From: Eledone cirrhosa
Taxonomy: Eukaryota
Reading direction: 5' to 3'
DNA length: 64,000 bases
Assembly: GCA_964016885.1 (NCBI GenBank)
Contig: OZ024741.1
Location: forward strand, 75,640,001-75,704,000
Below, piece after piece: positions 34,774-48,783 of this stretch. Below the pieces are notes generated by a model. It worked only from the letters and a program-made list of their open reading frames with translations, did not search any database and was not told the origin of the DNA. The translations under genes were made by a program, and so were the position numbers. How positions within the stretch are numbered: the first letter of the stretch is position 1; every line of letters starts with the position of its first letter.

Positions 34774-35256
34774 TATATATACATATATATATATGTTTTG
34801 AACAATGAAAATAAAACAAAGATAGATGCTTAATTAGTTTATTGTTTTACAATCATTTCAGAATGTTGATTGATTATAATAAATTGAGACGGTGCCTTAT
34901 TGATAGTGGTTGTACCACTACATATTACTAGTCTCGATATTCTAGATCAAATTCACCATCTTCCTTAGAAACAATGAACTATAATCATTATTTGGAAGCT
35001 GTATAAGGAGACTGAAAGGCACCACAACTGGATATGTGGATTAATAAAAATAAATAAGGGATAAAAGATAAAAATAAATATTAGGATTCACAATCAAAGA
35101 TGAAGAAATACAAGTGGAAAAAAAAAACAAATACAAAAATTTATAGTAGAAAAAAAAATAACAATAATAAGCAGAAAAAAATAAAATAAAAACATAAACA
35201 ATACTATGACGAATGAGAGGAAAATTAAATCATCAAAAGAGAACCAGTAAAGAATA

Positions 35257-35470
35257 TATTAGCAGACTGGTTGATCAGTCAGATCTGCATATTAAAAAAA
35301 TTTTCTTTTTTATTTGAATTTGGCAAAGCCAGCCATTGATCGCTCGTATACAGGAAATTGACTGGCCAGTCTGCTGATATGCAAATCTGGCTGATCAGTG
35401 GATCTGCTAATATGCAGATCTGACTGATCAGCCAGTCTGCTAATATACAAATCAGGCCGATCAGTCACTG
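35257..35470. repeat. 33-bp minisatellite (3-4 units) with one inverted unit upstream
   Basis: tgatcagccagtctgctaatatgcagatctgac units at 35360-35470. 35257-35293 is the reverse complement. Confidence 0.8.
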
Positions 35471-35710
35471 TGTATTTTTGAAAATAGCATATATTTTCAC
35501 TAGCTCTGGCAGTTTGGCAGGTGAACAGTGAGCTGTACTGATGAAGGGTGATACCCAGAAACATTAGTGTCTGAAGTTCTGTTCACATGCCAACACAAGA
35601 GCAAGAATGAAGTGTTCATTCTACTGACATGGCTATAAAATTGAGGTTTGTTTGCATAATTGCAAACAAATCAAATGTTATTATTAATATTCGAAAAACG
35701 CAGATTACAT

Positions 35711-35769
<59 letters not shown>

Positions 35770-35869
35770 TTTGGAAATATGTTGTAGTCCTTCAGTAAAG
35801 GAACCAATTTTCCAGATCAAACTAAGGAAAATATGTTTCCATTGGTTTTTTCTGACTGATACTATCAGA

Positions 35870-36215
35870 TGTGGATGTAGCATGGATTAAGAAATTTGCT
35901 TCACAATCATTTTAAGACCCAGATTTGATCCCACTGCAAGGCATCTGGGGCAAGTGTCATTTATCATAGCCTTGAGTTAATCCATGTATTGTAAGTGAAA
36001 TTACATTCACAATAACTGCTTTGAAGCATGTGGGATGGATTGTATCTATAAACCAAAAGTCCAGCCTTGTCACACTATGTCACACTGAATCTCGCTGAGA
36101 ATTACATTAAAGGTGCATGTGTCTGTGGAATTCTCAGCCACATATACATCAATTATACAAGCAGACTATCCCTTTGATCAGACAACTGGAGCACTCATTG
36201 TTGAAATCAACGGAG
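35870..36215 (+). mobile_element. Old tRNA-derived SINE (second family; also 37720-38055 and 54925-55175)
   Basis: Decayed tRNA head plus shared ccagccttgtcaca..ctgagaatt..tgtctgtggaat.ctcag.ca..tgatcagacaactgga. Confidence 0.7.
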
Positions 36216-36522
36216 GCCCATTCTATTCCATTCTTTTCCACTATCAGTTGGTTGCAATTCTTGACGGATGCATCAATATTTTTCCACTGACATGAGGCAC
36301 TATTCAAACTCAGAATACATAAAGCAGATATTTTCACAATCTGACATTTTCACAATTCCACCAATCCATTACTCCTGTTAAATAAGGTAAAGGCCCTTAA
36401 CTCCTGGTGTAGTCATAGGAGTGCTGTCCTGATATGTAGTGTGCCTTGGGCATTATAAACCTGGTGCAGCTCATCATTCTCCAGGTCAGAACATAGTAAA
36501 TTTCTAAATTTCTTCAAGAGAA

Positions 36523-36575
<53 letters not shown>

Positions 36576-39002
36576 GAGGAAGAATTGACTTTAATACTGA
36601 ACTGGTAATTTATTTATCAACTATAAAAGGATGAAAAGCAAAGTTGACCTTAGCTGGATTTGAACTCAAAGATCCTAGAGTCAGAATGAATACTCCAAAC
36701 TCTTTTTTACGACACCTTAATGACTCTTCCAACTCTATACTCGTAAAATTGGGCATTAAATCATCATCGTGATCATTTTTATATCAACTTTTCCATCCTG
36801 GCATGGGTTGGAAACGACTTTTGGACGCAATGTTTTACACCAAGATGCCATTCTTGATACCAACTGTTTTAGTCGCTTCATACAAAATGCAGTGATATCG
36901 TCTACCTATTCTAAACTGGATACTCACAACCTATATGAAAATGTTATATTCAATCTTAATATAATGTTTCAGATCATTTATTATGTCTTCTCCAAGAAGT
37001 GTAGACATTCCCACCATTCATTTGCAGCCACAAGTTTGCCATTCCAGTACGTAATTTCAGTCAAAAGGAACAGAATGCCAAAAGTTAAATTCCTGAATCA
37101 CAATCACAATATCGATAAGACAAAATGCCAGCAATCAAATTATTGTTATTTAAAATACTGACAGCTTTCATTCAGTAAAAATAATAATATGAAAGATAAG
37201 TTTGACCACAGCTGCATTTGAACTCAGAGAACACAGCTACAAAGCCTTTTTTTCGACACTCTAATGACTTGTAGTCAGTAAAATGGTACATTAAATTATC
37301 ATCATCATCATCATTTTTACGTTGACTTTTCCACTCTAGTATGGGTTAAACAAGACTTTTGAGGCAATTTTTTACAGTCAGAGGCCCTTCCTAATGCCAA
37401 CAAACCAATTTATGACAGAAAAATTCTATATGATTTATCTTAAGAAATACATGAGAATGGTTGCATAAGTTTCAAGTACCTATTTACTATGACCATTAAC
37501 CTCAGTATATTTTGTCATTTATTTGTTTCACAAAGGTTATTTCTTCACAAATTAATTTATTGCTAGTTTGTTTTGGCTGGAGTTTTGTGATGAGTTGAGT
37601 CATGATTGAGTGACTTGATAAACTGGTGCTACCCCAATCCCTCCAGATAATAGGTTGTGCTAAGTAGATTCAATATATCTTATTTGTAATCAAACTACAG
37701 CTCAATTTCATGGATATATCATGCCTGAGTGGTTACAAAGTTCACTTTGAAACCATAGTGTCCTAGTTTATATTCTAATACATAGCACTTTGAGCAAGTG
37801 TCTTTTATTATAACCTCACATTGACCCAAGACTTGTGAGTGAAATTGGGGATAAAGAAATTGTGTGGAAGACTGCCAGATCGATTTTATCTGTAATTCAA
37901 AAGACCAGACCAGCCTTATCATACAATGTATCACATTGATTCTACCTGAGAATTCTGTTAAGGATGCACATGTCTGTGGAATACTCAGTCACTTGCATAT
38001 TAATTTCTCATGCAGTCTGTTTAATTGAACAAGCAGCTAGAACATTCATCGTTGAGGTCCAATTCATAGCTCAATTTCAAAGGCTGAACCCTTTCAATGA
38101 CTATACTTGTTGCTGAGGCATGCTCTTTCAAAATATTTCCTAAAATACACTAACCATTGATTTTGTTTTGTTGTCTAAGGAGACGACATGTGGGGGAAAA
38201 ATTTTCACAATGTTTATTGCAGCTATTATGAAGTCCACTGTAAGTGGTTCTGGACAAATGATTCCATAAATTTTGGAGTTGTACATGTCTAGCAATTGAC
38301 TTGGTCTGAGACCATGTGTTGAAACTCAAGCAATTACATCATGAAAGAGGCATTTTAACCAGTTGCACATAACTTGGAAATGACATGATCTGGTGCTATG
38401 TTGTTGAAACTAAACATGATGGAAGAGTTGTTTTAGACACAGTTGTATTTGTTTGGCAAATAACATGATCTGAGACAATGTGTTGAAACTAAAGCAATTA
38501 CATCATAGAAACATCATTTTAGCTATTCAAAACCTGTTAACTTTACCTTACATTTATCATTTATTTCTTGGTGGTGAAATTTTCATTTCAGTGTTTGTGA
38601 CCTGGTTGCCATGAAATTGCGTCAATTACCATGTAGAAGAGTGTATGATGAAAATGTTGACACTATGAAATAAATAAATGTAAAGTAAAGTTGTATAATG
38701 TTAAATAGCTAAAATGACTTCCTCGATGTAATGTCATAAGTCTTTTCTTAAAATGATCAATCACTTAATATGCAAGAATGTGAACTGAGAAAATGAAAAA
38801 AGTAGCGTAGTGATATCAAATGGTAGGTGTTAAGGGTAATGGTTATTGTATTAGGTTACTATTTTTTTTTTACTTTAGCCAGTGTTTATGGGGCAAAAAT
38901 TCAGCATTTATGAATAACCAGTTCATATTTCACTCCTGAAAATGCTTTTTTCATTAAGCTGCTGAGATCTTTAGTGTTTGTTCCCCAACAAAATGTATAT
39001 AT

Positions 39003-39535
39003 ATCATCATCATCATTTAACATCCGTTTACCCTGTTAGCAAGGGTTGGATGGGTTATCACAGATCAAGTAACTACATAATCAGGATATATTCTTGCACA
39101 CCTCACATGATGCATTTTATTTTAGCACCAGCATTATGGTGGTTGCCATGTTTTGATACATCTAAAGAGGGCCCCCTGAACTATTGGTTGGTGGGATTTT
39201 TTGGTGAAAAGGCTGTGTGAGGATTAGGGTGGAGGGTATATGGGTATGTGTGAGGGGCAGAGTGTTAGGATGTGGGAGGTGTTTTGAAAGGCGATGATGG
39301 TGAAGGTGGTGCGTACCAGGTCTATGCTTCAGCCTGTGCTCATGGGAGGTGAATACTATGTGTATGCTTTAGCCTGTACTCATGGGAAGGTAGATCTTCT
39401 TTATTACTGCATAACACCAGAGATCCTGGTCCTGTGTCATCGACTTTGAGAGGTGCAATTTTGCAAGGTCAGCTTTTATCACCTCATCTCAAGTCTTCTA
39501 CTCCATAGCTTCCATCAACTTTGAGCACTCTGCAT
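39003..39535 (-). pseudogene. Decayed RTE 3' fragment
   Basis: Aligns to the family 2 C-terminus (gatgaggtgataaaagctgacctt..cacctctcaaag). (CAT)n tail on +. Confidence 0.75.
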
Positions 39536-39538
39536 ATA

Positions 39539-39575
<37 letters not shown>

Positions 39576-39577
<2 letters not shown>

Positions 39578-39960
39578 TTAAGTTCACCACTGGATAGAAC
39601 TGGTCATTCAGTATAGCCAATCATGATGTAATATTAGAAAAAGCACTCAACGTTATGCAACTCATCCATCTTTGACTGTGAATCTTGTTGGTGGTGTGAG
39701 AACAGAGTTAATAATTATTGAGTAAACAGACAGGAGGCCAAACTGATGAAATTCCTTCAAAGATTTATTTTAGCAAACACTATGTACATTTCAGGTTACG
39801 TAAGATCTTGGTGACATCATCAGGTGTTTACTGCATAATAATTATATAATAAAGGAATAATGGTAAACACAATCCAAGAGGCTATAAGGAGAGAAAGCAG
39901 ATAAAAAAAACAGAGAAAAATGTTTTTGACTCGAAGTTGGTAAGACAAAATTGATGAGAA
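39576..39960 (-). mobile_element. PLE pLTR (family B, long copy) with complete HHR
   Basis: Tail aligns to 10125-10310. HHR at 39773-39831: gtaaacac-CTGATGA-tgtcac..gtaacct-GAAA-tgtaca-TA-gtgtttgc. Confidence 0.8.
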
Positions 39961-40044
39961 TTCTCACTCAAAGGTGGTCAACCAAACTGGCAACAACTGC
40001 CCCTTGTGATCACCTTCAAGTCAAAACCATTTTTCTGTTTTTTT

Positions 40045-41965
40045 ATCTGTAGAGATTGTAGACATGCTTGAATGAAATATGTAATGAAAGATACTAGATG
40101 GAGGGGAATGTCAGCTGGATTTATTGTGGGCAAAAAACGATGCCACAAGTTTTTCTGAGTGGTAATTGACAATGGGCTCGGTGGAGTAGGGATTTTGGTA
40201 GCAGAAAAATGGGTAGACAAGTTAATTGCTGGGAATAGAGTGAAATACAGAATCATTAAACTTAGTAGTAAAAGACAGGTTCTATGAGTTCCTAATGCAC
40301 ACAACTTCTCAAATAAGCAACAGTGACTTCATAATCATTGCAGATGACTTTAATGGGCGTATCGGACAACATGGAGATGGCTTCAATGGGATCCACAGAG
40401 GTTATGGATTTGGTAATAGAAATGAGGAAGGTTTCAGGTTCCTGGAATTTTGTGACTCTAATGACTTATCTATCTGTAACAGGAACTTTAAAAAATGAGA
40501 CAACGCCTTAATCACCTATAGATCAGGTGAGCACGCCAGCCAGATAGATTTTATCCTTACCAGAAGACAAGACAGAGTCACAATTGTAAACACAAAGTCC
40601 CTCCCTGGTGAAGAATACACCTCACAACATAACCTAGTTAACGATCTTATAGTTAGGGATAGACAAACTCAATGACAGAGAACAACATGAAGGAGAAGAA
40701 TGTGAAAGTTAAAGGACCCATCAGCCAGTAACAAATTTAGAGGTATGTTGCTTGATGCTTTTGACAGTAAGGGAGAGCAAATAGAGGCATATGATATAGA
40801 GGAGCTGTGGGAGTTACTGAAAAATAAATTACTGAAAGCAATAAATGAAATCTGTGGTTGGAGCAGGTCTCTAGGAAGAAGGAGAGTGACTTGGTAGTGG
40901 AATAGTAAGATAGATGAGACAATTAAGGCCAAAAGACAGGCATGGTAAGAACGGGAGAAGTAGAGAACTCTACCAGAATGGTAGTAGAGAAACTAGGTGA
41001 CAAGTATATTTTGCAAGAAAGGAAGCAGAAAATAAGAAATTTAAGCATGTTTTGCAGTATGAGGACCAAAGGTGCAAGGTGTCCAGGATTGCAAGGCAGT
41101 GTGTCAGGGAAAATTGTGATGTTGACAGAAGTGTGTACAAGATGATAATGGCATACTTGCCTTCACTGATGCTGAAAAGAAGGTAGCATGGAAGTATCAC
41201 TCTGAAAGACTACTAAATGAGGAGAATGCATGGGAAGAAGATTCTTTGCACTAAGTTGACTCAACAGAGGAACTGGTTCTATAAGTCAGCAGTAGTATAG
41301 AAAGTAAGGCAATCAAGGATATGAAGACAGGCAAGGCAGCTTGACCGAGATGCTGAAAGCATCTGGAATGGTGTCACACCACAGCCACCCATATTGTAAA
41401 CCAAGTAATACAAAATGGTGTCATACCCAATGACTAGCATAGCAGCATCATCAACAACTACAAGGGCAAAGGAGATGCTCTAGACAGAGAAAACTATAGA
41501 GGCATTAAGTTGGTTGACCAGGTTATGAAAGTCACAGAAAGAGTTATAGCACAGCTGATTAGGAATCGAGTTAACCTAGATGAGATGCAGTTTGGATTTG
41601 TGCCAGGTAAAAGTACCACAAAGGCCTTCTTCCTTCTGAGGGAACTGCAGGAGAAGTTTCTGGAGAAAGCTTTTGGCAGTGTCCCCTGTTCCATTATCTG
41701 GTGGGCTATTAGAAAACTAGGAGTAGATGAGTGGCTTGTGAGGCAGTACAAGCCATGTATAGAGGAACAGTCAGCAAGGTCAGAATTAACAATGACTATA
41801 GCAAAGAATTTAGCATGCAGGTCGATGCCCATCAAGGCTCAGTTCTCAGCCCGCTCCTGTTTATTATCGTCCTGCAAGCTATAACAGAGGAGTTTAAGAC
41901 TGGCTGCCCACAGGAACCTCTTATAGCTGAATCTATGGCAGAATTAAAGAAGAAATTTTAAACCT
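40045..41965 (+). pseudogene. Degenerate RTE APE-endonuclease/RT 5' portion
   Basis: Colinear with ORF 62215-60100 (GLGGVGILVAEKW, IIADDFNG.IG, EFCD.NDL.ICN, DEMQFGF), with many stop codons. Confidence 0.9.
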
Positions 41966-43253
41966 GTACATTCTGAGGTCATATCCTGCCTGTTTATATT
42001 TATCTAAAATACTTCCATCAGAATTTTATGTAAGAAGGTTTAATTTTTGTTGTAAACACCAGCTAAATAATTAAAAAGTTAGTTATAGTGTTAAATTCCT
42101 GATCATTTTCAAAATTATTTGAAAATGATGAGTAATGTCTCTTAAATAAAAGCACATGAAAATCAGTGGAGAATTATGAAATTAGGTTAAGAATGAAATG
42201 AAAACTAAAAGTAAAGTGAAAATTGAATCCACATAATTTGTGGAAGTTCAGAAAGACAGTTTGTATTGGCTAAGTTTCTAATTGGTGAAAACTCATCGCT
42301 AGCTTCCTGTTGTTAATGAACGGATATTGACAGGATGTTATCATTTTATATCACTTAATTAAACCAACGGTTATTGCTCACTTATGCATCAATAACTAAT
42401 GATAAACAGTCAGCCCACTAGATAATTTCCTCTAAAGAGCGATATATTCAATAAAATACTGTGGTAGTATAGATATCACATGCCGGTTCTCAGCCAAGCC
42501 TGTAGCTCTATTAACATTTAATGGGCATCAGTTTAATCCTGTTGATAACATCTTGCATGAAGCCTCTCCTGGTTCTATAATGTGAAATCATTTCTATTGA
42601 AGTGTTCATATTTATATAAGAATCATTTCTTAACTTTTGCTCTAAGTGCCAATTTATTAACAAGAGAGTTAGTTATATTACCAAATTCCTCGAAATTATT
42701 AATTATTAAAAAAATTAATCGTAAATCCCCTTTAATTAGAAATATCATTATGAAAGGGTTAATGATGAACAAAAAGAAATGCCATAGTATCGATAACTTC
42801 ACTGTAGCATTTATTTAAAAACATAATTAATTATCCAGAGTCATTTACACTGGAGGCATTTTCTTCTACTTTCAAAAATAAATAAACTGATAAACATTAT
42901 ATATAATTTTGTAAGACAAAAATAGCCTGGAACAAAGAACATAATTAAATGATAATTTAATATTGGTTTTGGTTAGAATTGTAATACTATTGAAAAGAAA
43001 TTATGGAAGATGTCTTGTTTCTTTTTTTTCTGATTTATTAATTTACTATTTTACTGGTTTCAGTCATGAGACTGTGGCAGTGGTGGGGCGTCACTTTGAA
43101 CAAATTTAGTCAACTATATCAGTATATTTTTTTAAGTCTTGTTATATTGATCTCTTTTTGTTGAACAGATAAGGTATGAGACATAAACAAATGCAGATTA
43201 GTACAAGGACATACACAGACATCATTATCATCATCATCATCATTTAACACATG

Positions 43254-43287
<34 letters not shown>

Positions 43288-43729
43288 AATATATACCTTC
43301 TCCCTGACATCACATAGAATTCTATATGTACATAATTGCTATAGATTTTTGTTTTGTCATGTCTCTCACTCCATGGGAAGCGCTTTGGCTTGTGTCAAGT
43401 TTTGTGACCTCAGTTGGACCAGGAGTACCATTGGTAGGGGTCAAAACTGCCAAAGTCCATCTCAACAGCTGAAGACTCGGGAGTTCTGTGTCTTTCGTTT
43501 GTATTTTTATTTTCAAAAAGTATTATTTTAAGGTTTCCCCTTCAAAAAAAATGTTTTTAGTTTTGCCTTGTTTTCGTTCACTGCCTTGTCTTTTATTTGT
43601 TAACTTTTAAAGTTTATATATATATATATATATATATGTAGATAAATCTACCAAGAGTTTACGGTAGTGTCCAATCCGTATGAAGAACTCAATGTAATCC
43701 GGATATAATATTTTATATATATATATATA

Positions 43730-44085
43730 AATTTTAGTACAGCATTAAGTGTATCTAGTGTATATGCATAATCGGTCTGTAGCTTGAGCACTCAGATGAG
43801 AAAAGACCCAAGAGTAATAACATTACATTCAGACAGCTTAGCAAATCAGATATAGCGGTCAGCAGTCCAGCCGCATCACTAGAGCAACGAAAATATAGGA
43901 CCCAGGAAAAGATTTTATACTGACCCGGACATAGCGGTGAGGCTGAGTGCAAAATATATAATTTACATATATAGCATCCAACATCAGCGCTAAGTTTCTG
44001 CAAATCCAAGATCGACAAATTCCTATTGCAAGAGTCTGCAATATAATGGTTTTTGACGACAGAACATAGGATTTACTTCTTCAGC

Positions 44086-44086
<1 letters not shown>
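43730..44086 (-). mobile_element. PLE pLTR with decayed expanded-stem-II HHR
   Basis: ag-CTGAAGA-agtaaatcc..[tattgca/tgcaata hairpin]..ggatttgca-GAAA-cttag-CG-ct. Tail has GAGTGCTC at 43786-93. (TA)n flanks. Confidence 0.6.
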
Positions 44087-44116
<30 letters not shown>

Positions 44117-44118
<2 letters not shown>

Positions 44119-44320
44119 CAGGTCACCAGTTGGTGCTATTGGTAACATGTATTCCAGTACAACCTGTCCCATGGTCGGGTCGTTGGCGACTAAACTGGCA
44201 TCCCCACCAAGGTTTCTTGGTGAGGAGGGCGACTAGGGACATCCTGCAGGACTAAAAACAAAACCTGTCAAAGGGCAAAGGAGCTCTTAAGAGTCAATGG
44301 CCATCCAAAATCACCAGGAG
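44117..44320 (+). mobile_element. Copy of the 15160-15349 repeat (RTE-type 5' region)
   Basis: Reverse-complement homology to 15160-15349. Confidence 0.6.
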
Positions 44321-44719
44321 AGATGACCCCTTAGCCTTTGTCAAGGCAGAATTCTATGAGAAGGAAAACTCTGATATAAGACCTGCAACCCTGATGGTAT
44401 CCAATGATGTTGACTTGTTCTTCTTTTTGGTAAATATCATCTTGGTTAAGAGAGTGGGACTGGCTTTGTGCAGTGCCTTTGTTCACTATAAAAGCTTCAC
44501 GGCACAGGCATTGCTTTATATCTGGAGATCTCTCTGCACTTGTCGTCACATGTTACCATGGGCCCAGCACTATGTGTCAATAATTGTCACAAGTATAGTG
44601 TTTGTACCAGAGTTTTCAAGTCACTGGCTGGACTAAAAAGTCACACTTGTTCAGCGCTTCGGTAGAAGTTCTCCTACATGGATATAAAGTAGTGGTCGTA
44701 CTCGAAAACAAGTTGGCAG

Positions 44720-44905
44720 CCACCATATATGTATGTATATATGATGTTCTTCTGTACAATTTCTGTCTGCCAAATTTCCCTCACATGGCATTGTTCAACC
44801 CAAGGCTATAGTAGAAGAAACTTGCTCAAGGTACCATAGAGTAGGACTGAACCGTATACCACATGGTTGCAAAGCGAACTCCTTAACCACACAGCCATGC
44901 CTGCA
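44720..44905 (-). mobile_element. Old tRNA-derived SINE
   Basis: Minus strand reads gcaggcatggctgtgtggttaagg..ggttcagtcctact..accttgagcaagt..tctactatagccttggg. Confidence 0.7.
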
Positions 44906-45936
44906 TCTGATTTGTTTTTCTGGAGATCAGGAGTCCGATAAAAATTAGATATAAAACCTAGCAAGAGACACTCCCTCATTAGACCATAAATAGAACACAA
45001 TCAATATGACTAATTTGATTGATATGGTGTTCATGTGTCTTTCAATTAATAGGTTCTTACATTGTGGTGATTGTAATTTGAATTATTAATGTATAGGTGA
45101 ATAGTTTTATTTCAAACACTAACTTAATAGTGAGAATGTCAGTTATATTATGTGGTTTATATATATATGGCTTGACAACAAAATATCTGTAAAATAAGTA
45201 CCAGATTTGAAAAAAGTAAGTGCTCATGTCAATATAATCTAAGACTGCCTATAATTTTCAAATAATTTTTTGAAATAATCAAGAATTTGGGGGATTTAAT
45301 AATATAACTGACATTCTTACTATTAAGTTAGTGTTTGAAATAAAACTATGCAAAGATTCTTACATAAAATTACATAAAATGTTTTAGATAAATATAAACA
45401 CTAAGACTTTGAATCATAAAACCAAGGGCAGTTTTTGGTAGATTGGTACTGAAAGAGTTAACTACTCAGCAATGCCTTTGTCCTACACATGTAATGTCTG
45501 AGAAAATAATGGGGAGGGGGTGCAGTCATGGCTGACTTGTACACCTTAATTCAAATCAGGGCAAGCTTCCAGATAAGCAACAACAATATCAGCAACATCA
45601 ACAACAACAAAAATCAACAACATAAATACCTGCAACAACAACATCAACAACAAGAACATATGCATCAACAATTACAATTCAACAACAATAACATCATCAA
45701 GCATATATTTTCAACATATCTACCTAAAGGTAAGTGATACTAATGGTTCCTAATTTTCTTTAATCTTTTTTGTTGAGAATAAGTTAATTATTTCTGATGT
45801 TTTTCTTTCTGAATAAATCGAATATTTTCTGTCCACCTTTGATGGCTGTTGGACTTTTGTAAACATGTTTCAAGCGCATAAGACATTTAATTGGAAAGCA
45901 GCCATTTTTTGTGTCTTTTTTAAGGTAAATTTACTA

Positions 45937-46040
<104 letters not shown>

Positions 46041-46228
46041 TATATGATCATTTAACATCCATTTTCTCTTTTAGTAAGGGATGAACAGGTTGTTATAAAT
46101 AAAGTCAATACCTGTCATAATCTACAGAATGTATTGAGTGTGTTTTATTATAGTACCAGCACTAGAAAGGTTGCTGTATCTTTAATACAACTGAAGGTTC
46201 GAGAATTACAACTTTCGGACACAACATT

Positions 46229-46710
46229 ATCACGTCGAGGTCACCAATTTAGGAAATTAGTATCAGTGTATATAGATATTATCAAGAAGGACAATAAATG
46301 CAGGTGAGAGTTGTGACATGGTTTTACTTCACAAGTCAAATAAATTGATATAAATAATTGTTACCACATGTTGATATTCAGGTGGTCACAACTCCCAGAC
46401 TGGAGTGTGTGGAAGAGAACAGAAAATCTTCTCTTCGTAAGGTTCAAGTGTTTCTTTAGGCTGCCGGTGTTCTTCTTCTTGGGTGTGAAGGAAGTGAAAC
46501 AGGAGTCATCTCTTGACAAGGTCTCAGGTGTTCTTGTCCCTTCGAAGTTCAGGAGTAGAGTGTGTCTTATGGCTTGATTGTCCTCGACTATATAGTCCCC
46601 AGGGGGACGCAACTCCGTTTAGTACATAAATCTGCCGCTGGGAGTCACGCCCATCGCAAAGGGACGTAACTCCTATATGTGCTGAGTCACAGCCATAAGG
46701 GGCCGCTACA
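46229..46710 (-). mobile_element. LTR retrotransposon 5' LTR with tRNA-Trp primer-binding site
   Basis: Minus strand starts tgtag (46710) and ends ctaaa (~ctaca, 46248), then tggtgacctcgacgtgat, a 17/18 complement of the eukaryotic tRNA-Trp 3' end. TATA-like actatatag inside. Confidence 0.75.
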
Positions 46711-48227
46711 GTCCTCTGGAACATTTGTTTAGAAAGTTCTCTATGAATGGATGCCCTTCCTATCACCAAACACTTTACACGGTGTACTGTATGTGTTTTA
46801 TCATGACACCATTAGTAGAGAGGTTGTCATTCCCTTGATACAACTGAAGGATAATTGCAAGCCTTTTTTTATCCTGGGGGGATCAGAGTTCTGTTTTCTC
46901 TTCTACTTTCTAGGACCTTCTGGAACGAAGCCAGGAAATTGTATATAAACGACCATCTATACCGAAAACAATAGGTCTAATTTTTAAATTGGGCTGTTTT
47001 CTATGTTTTGATAAGATGGTAGAAGGTGGGGAGCTTGCTGTTTCTGGTGGAGAGGATGCATTTAATTCTATTTGGGGGATTTCTGCAGCTACAGATATTA
47101 GTCTAACTGGTGTTAATGGTGACTTCTAGCTAACCAGCTATGATATTATTGACATATCTGTATAGAGTGGTGTTGCTAAGGTCTCTAAGTGCCAGTTGTG
47201 TGTAATTGTTCTTGCTTGATGATGCAAAATTCTGTTCCTTTGTCTGATGGAAGGTATATTAAATTTTTCAAATGCTGGTTTCTTAGGGTTGTGAGCTGGA
47301 ACATAAAAAAGATTGGGGGAGGAGCAAGAGTGCTTCTGTAAAATCTTGGAGCTAGAGTATTTAAGTCTAGTCAGTTTAGCATTAAATACGTGGCTGGTGG
47401 GAGGAGGTAGTAGTGGGTTGTCAAAGTGGAATATGGGGAAAGAGCTACATTTAGTATTGATAGAGGTAGTGGTGAAAGCAGAAGTAGTAGTAGTGTTAGC
47501 AGTGGTGTTGGCAACAGTCGCATTAACTGTAAGAGTAGTGACAGCAGCCATAGTAGTAGCAGGAATGGATGTAAGTGTTGTTATCCACTTCAACTGATAC
47601 GCCATTCTACAGAAGTTGGCTTCTATATCAAGTTTCGCTTTTTTGGAGTAGCATTGACCTACAAGGAATTTTGACCCATGACTTAATTCAAATTCCTTAG
47701 TTGTGAGGGAGCTAGAAAAATCAGTTACATGCAGTTTGTTTATAGTTTTATTGGAGATATCAGTAGTTCCATCATGGTTGTTGTAATTTCAGTCAGAACA
47801 TTGATCCCTGGTGTTGGATGTATTAGTGATGGCATTAGGAATGATGTGTTTTATACACAGGTTAAGGAAGATGATCCCTCGTTTTACCAATAATTTGAAC
47901 AGTGTCAACATGACAGTAAATTCAGCCTGGCTCAAGCGTGGTGAGAATAAAGTAGTATAATTAATATGAAACATTGTAAGATATGTAATAATTGATTGAT
48001 GAGGACTTCAGAAAGTTGATAGAATGTGGTAGAAATATATGAAGGGCAAAGGATGACAAATATAACAGGGTTATTACCTCTCTTTTCAAATGCAAAACAA
48101 AAACGTTACATCCTTCCTTAGCTGGTCCAAGTGTGAGGATTTATCATTATTCTCATCACTTATATCTGCTTTTCCATGCTTATATGGATTTGACATTTAT
48201 AAATATATAAATGCATATATTTGTATG

Positions 48228-48267
<40 letters not shown>

Positions 48268-48385
48268 ACTCTCAAGAGCATGAAACTAATAAACATTTGT
48301 TCGTACTGCCTCTCTGTTTTGTTCCCGTTCAATTTTTCACTATATATATATTATATATATATATATATATATACTATATATATAT

Positions 48386-48428
<43 letters not shown>

Positions 48429-48440
48429 TATATATAATAT

Positions 48441-48783
48441 GGAGGCACATGGCTTAGTGGTTAGAGCATTGGTCTTGCAATCGAAAGGTTGTGAGTTCAA
48501 TTCTCAGACCGGGTGATGTGTTTTTTCCTTGAGCAAGACACTTTATTTCACATTGCTCCAGTTTACTCAGCTGTAGAAATGAGATGATAGGGACTGGGGT
48601 CCCTATCATTCCACTGCAAAGTGGTCGTGGAGGTGCCACGGCAAAAAAGTACCCAGCACTCACTGTAAATGAGGTTGGTGTTAGGAAGGGCATCCAGCTG
48701 TAGAAATCAAGCCAGAATCAGTTCCCGTCCCACCCTTGCAAGCAGGGAAAAATGGACGTAAAATGATGATGATGATGATGATG

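Noticed and set aside
44150-44270. Possible HDV-like ribozyme in the RTE-type 5' region
   Set aside because: I could not assign the P1/P2/P3 nested pseudoknot by eye.
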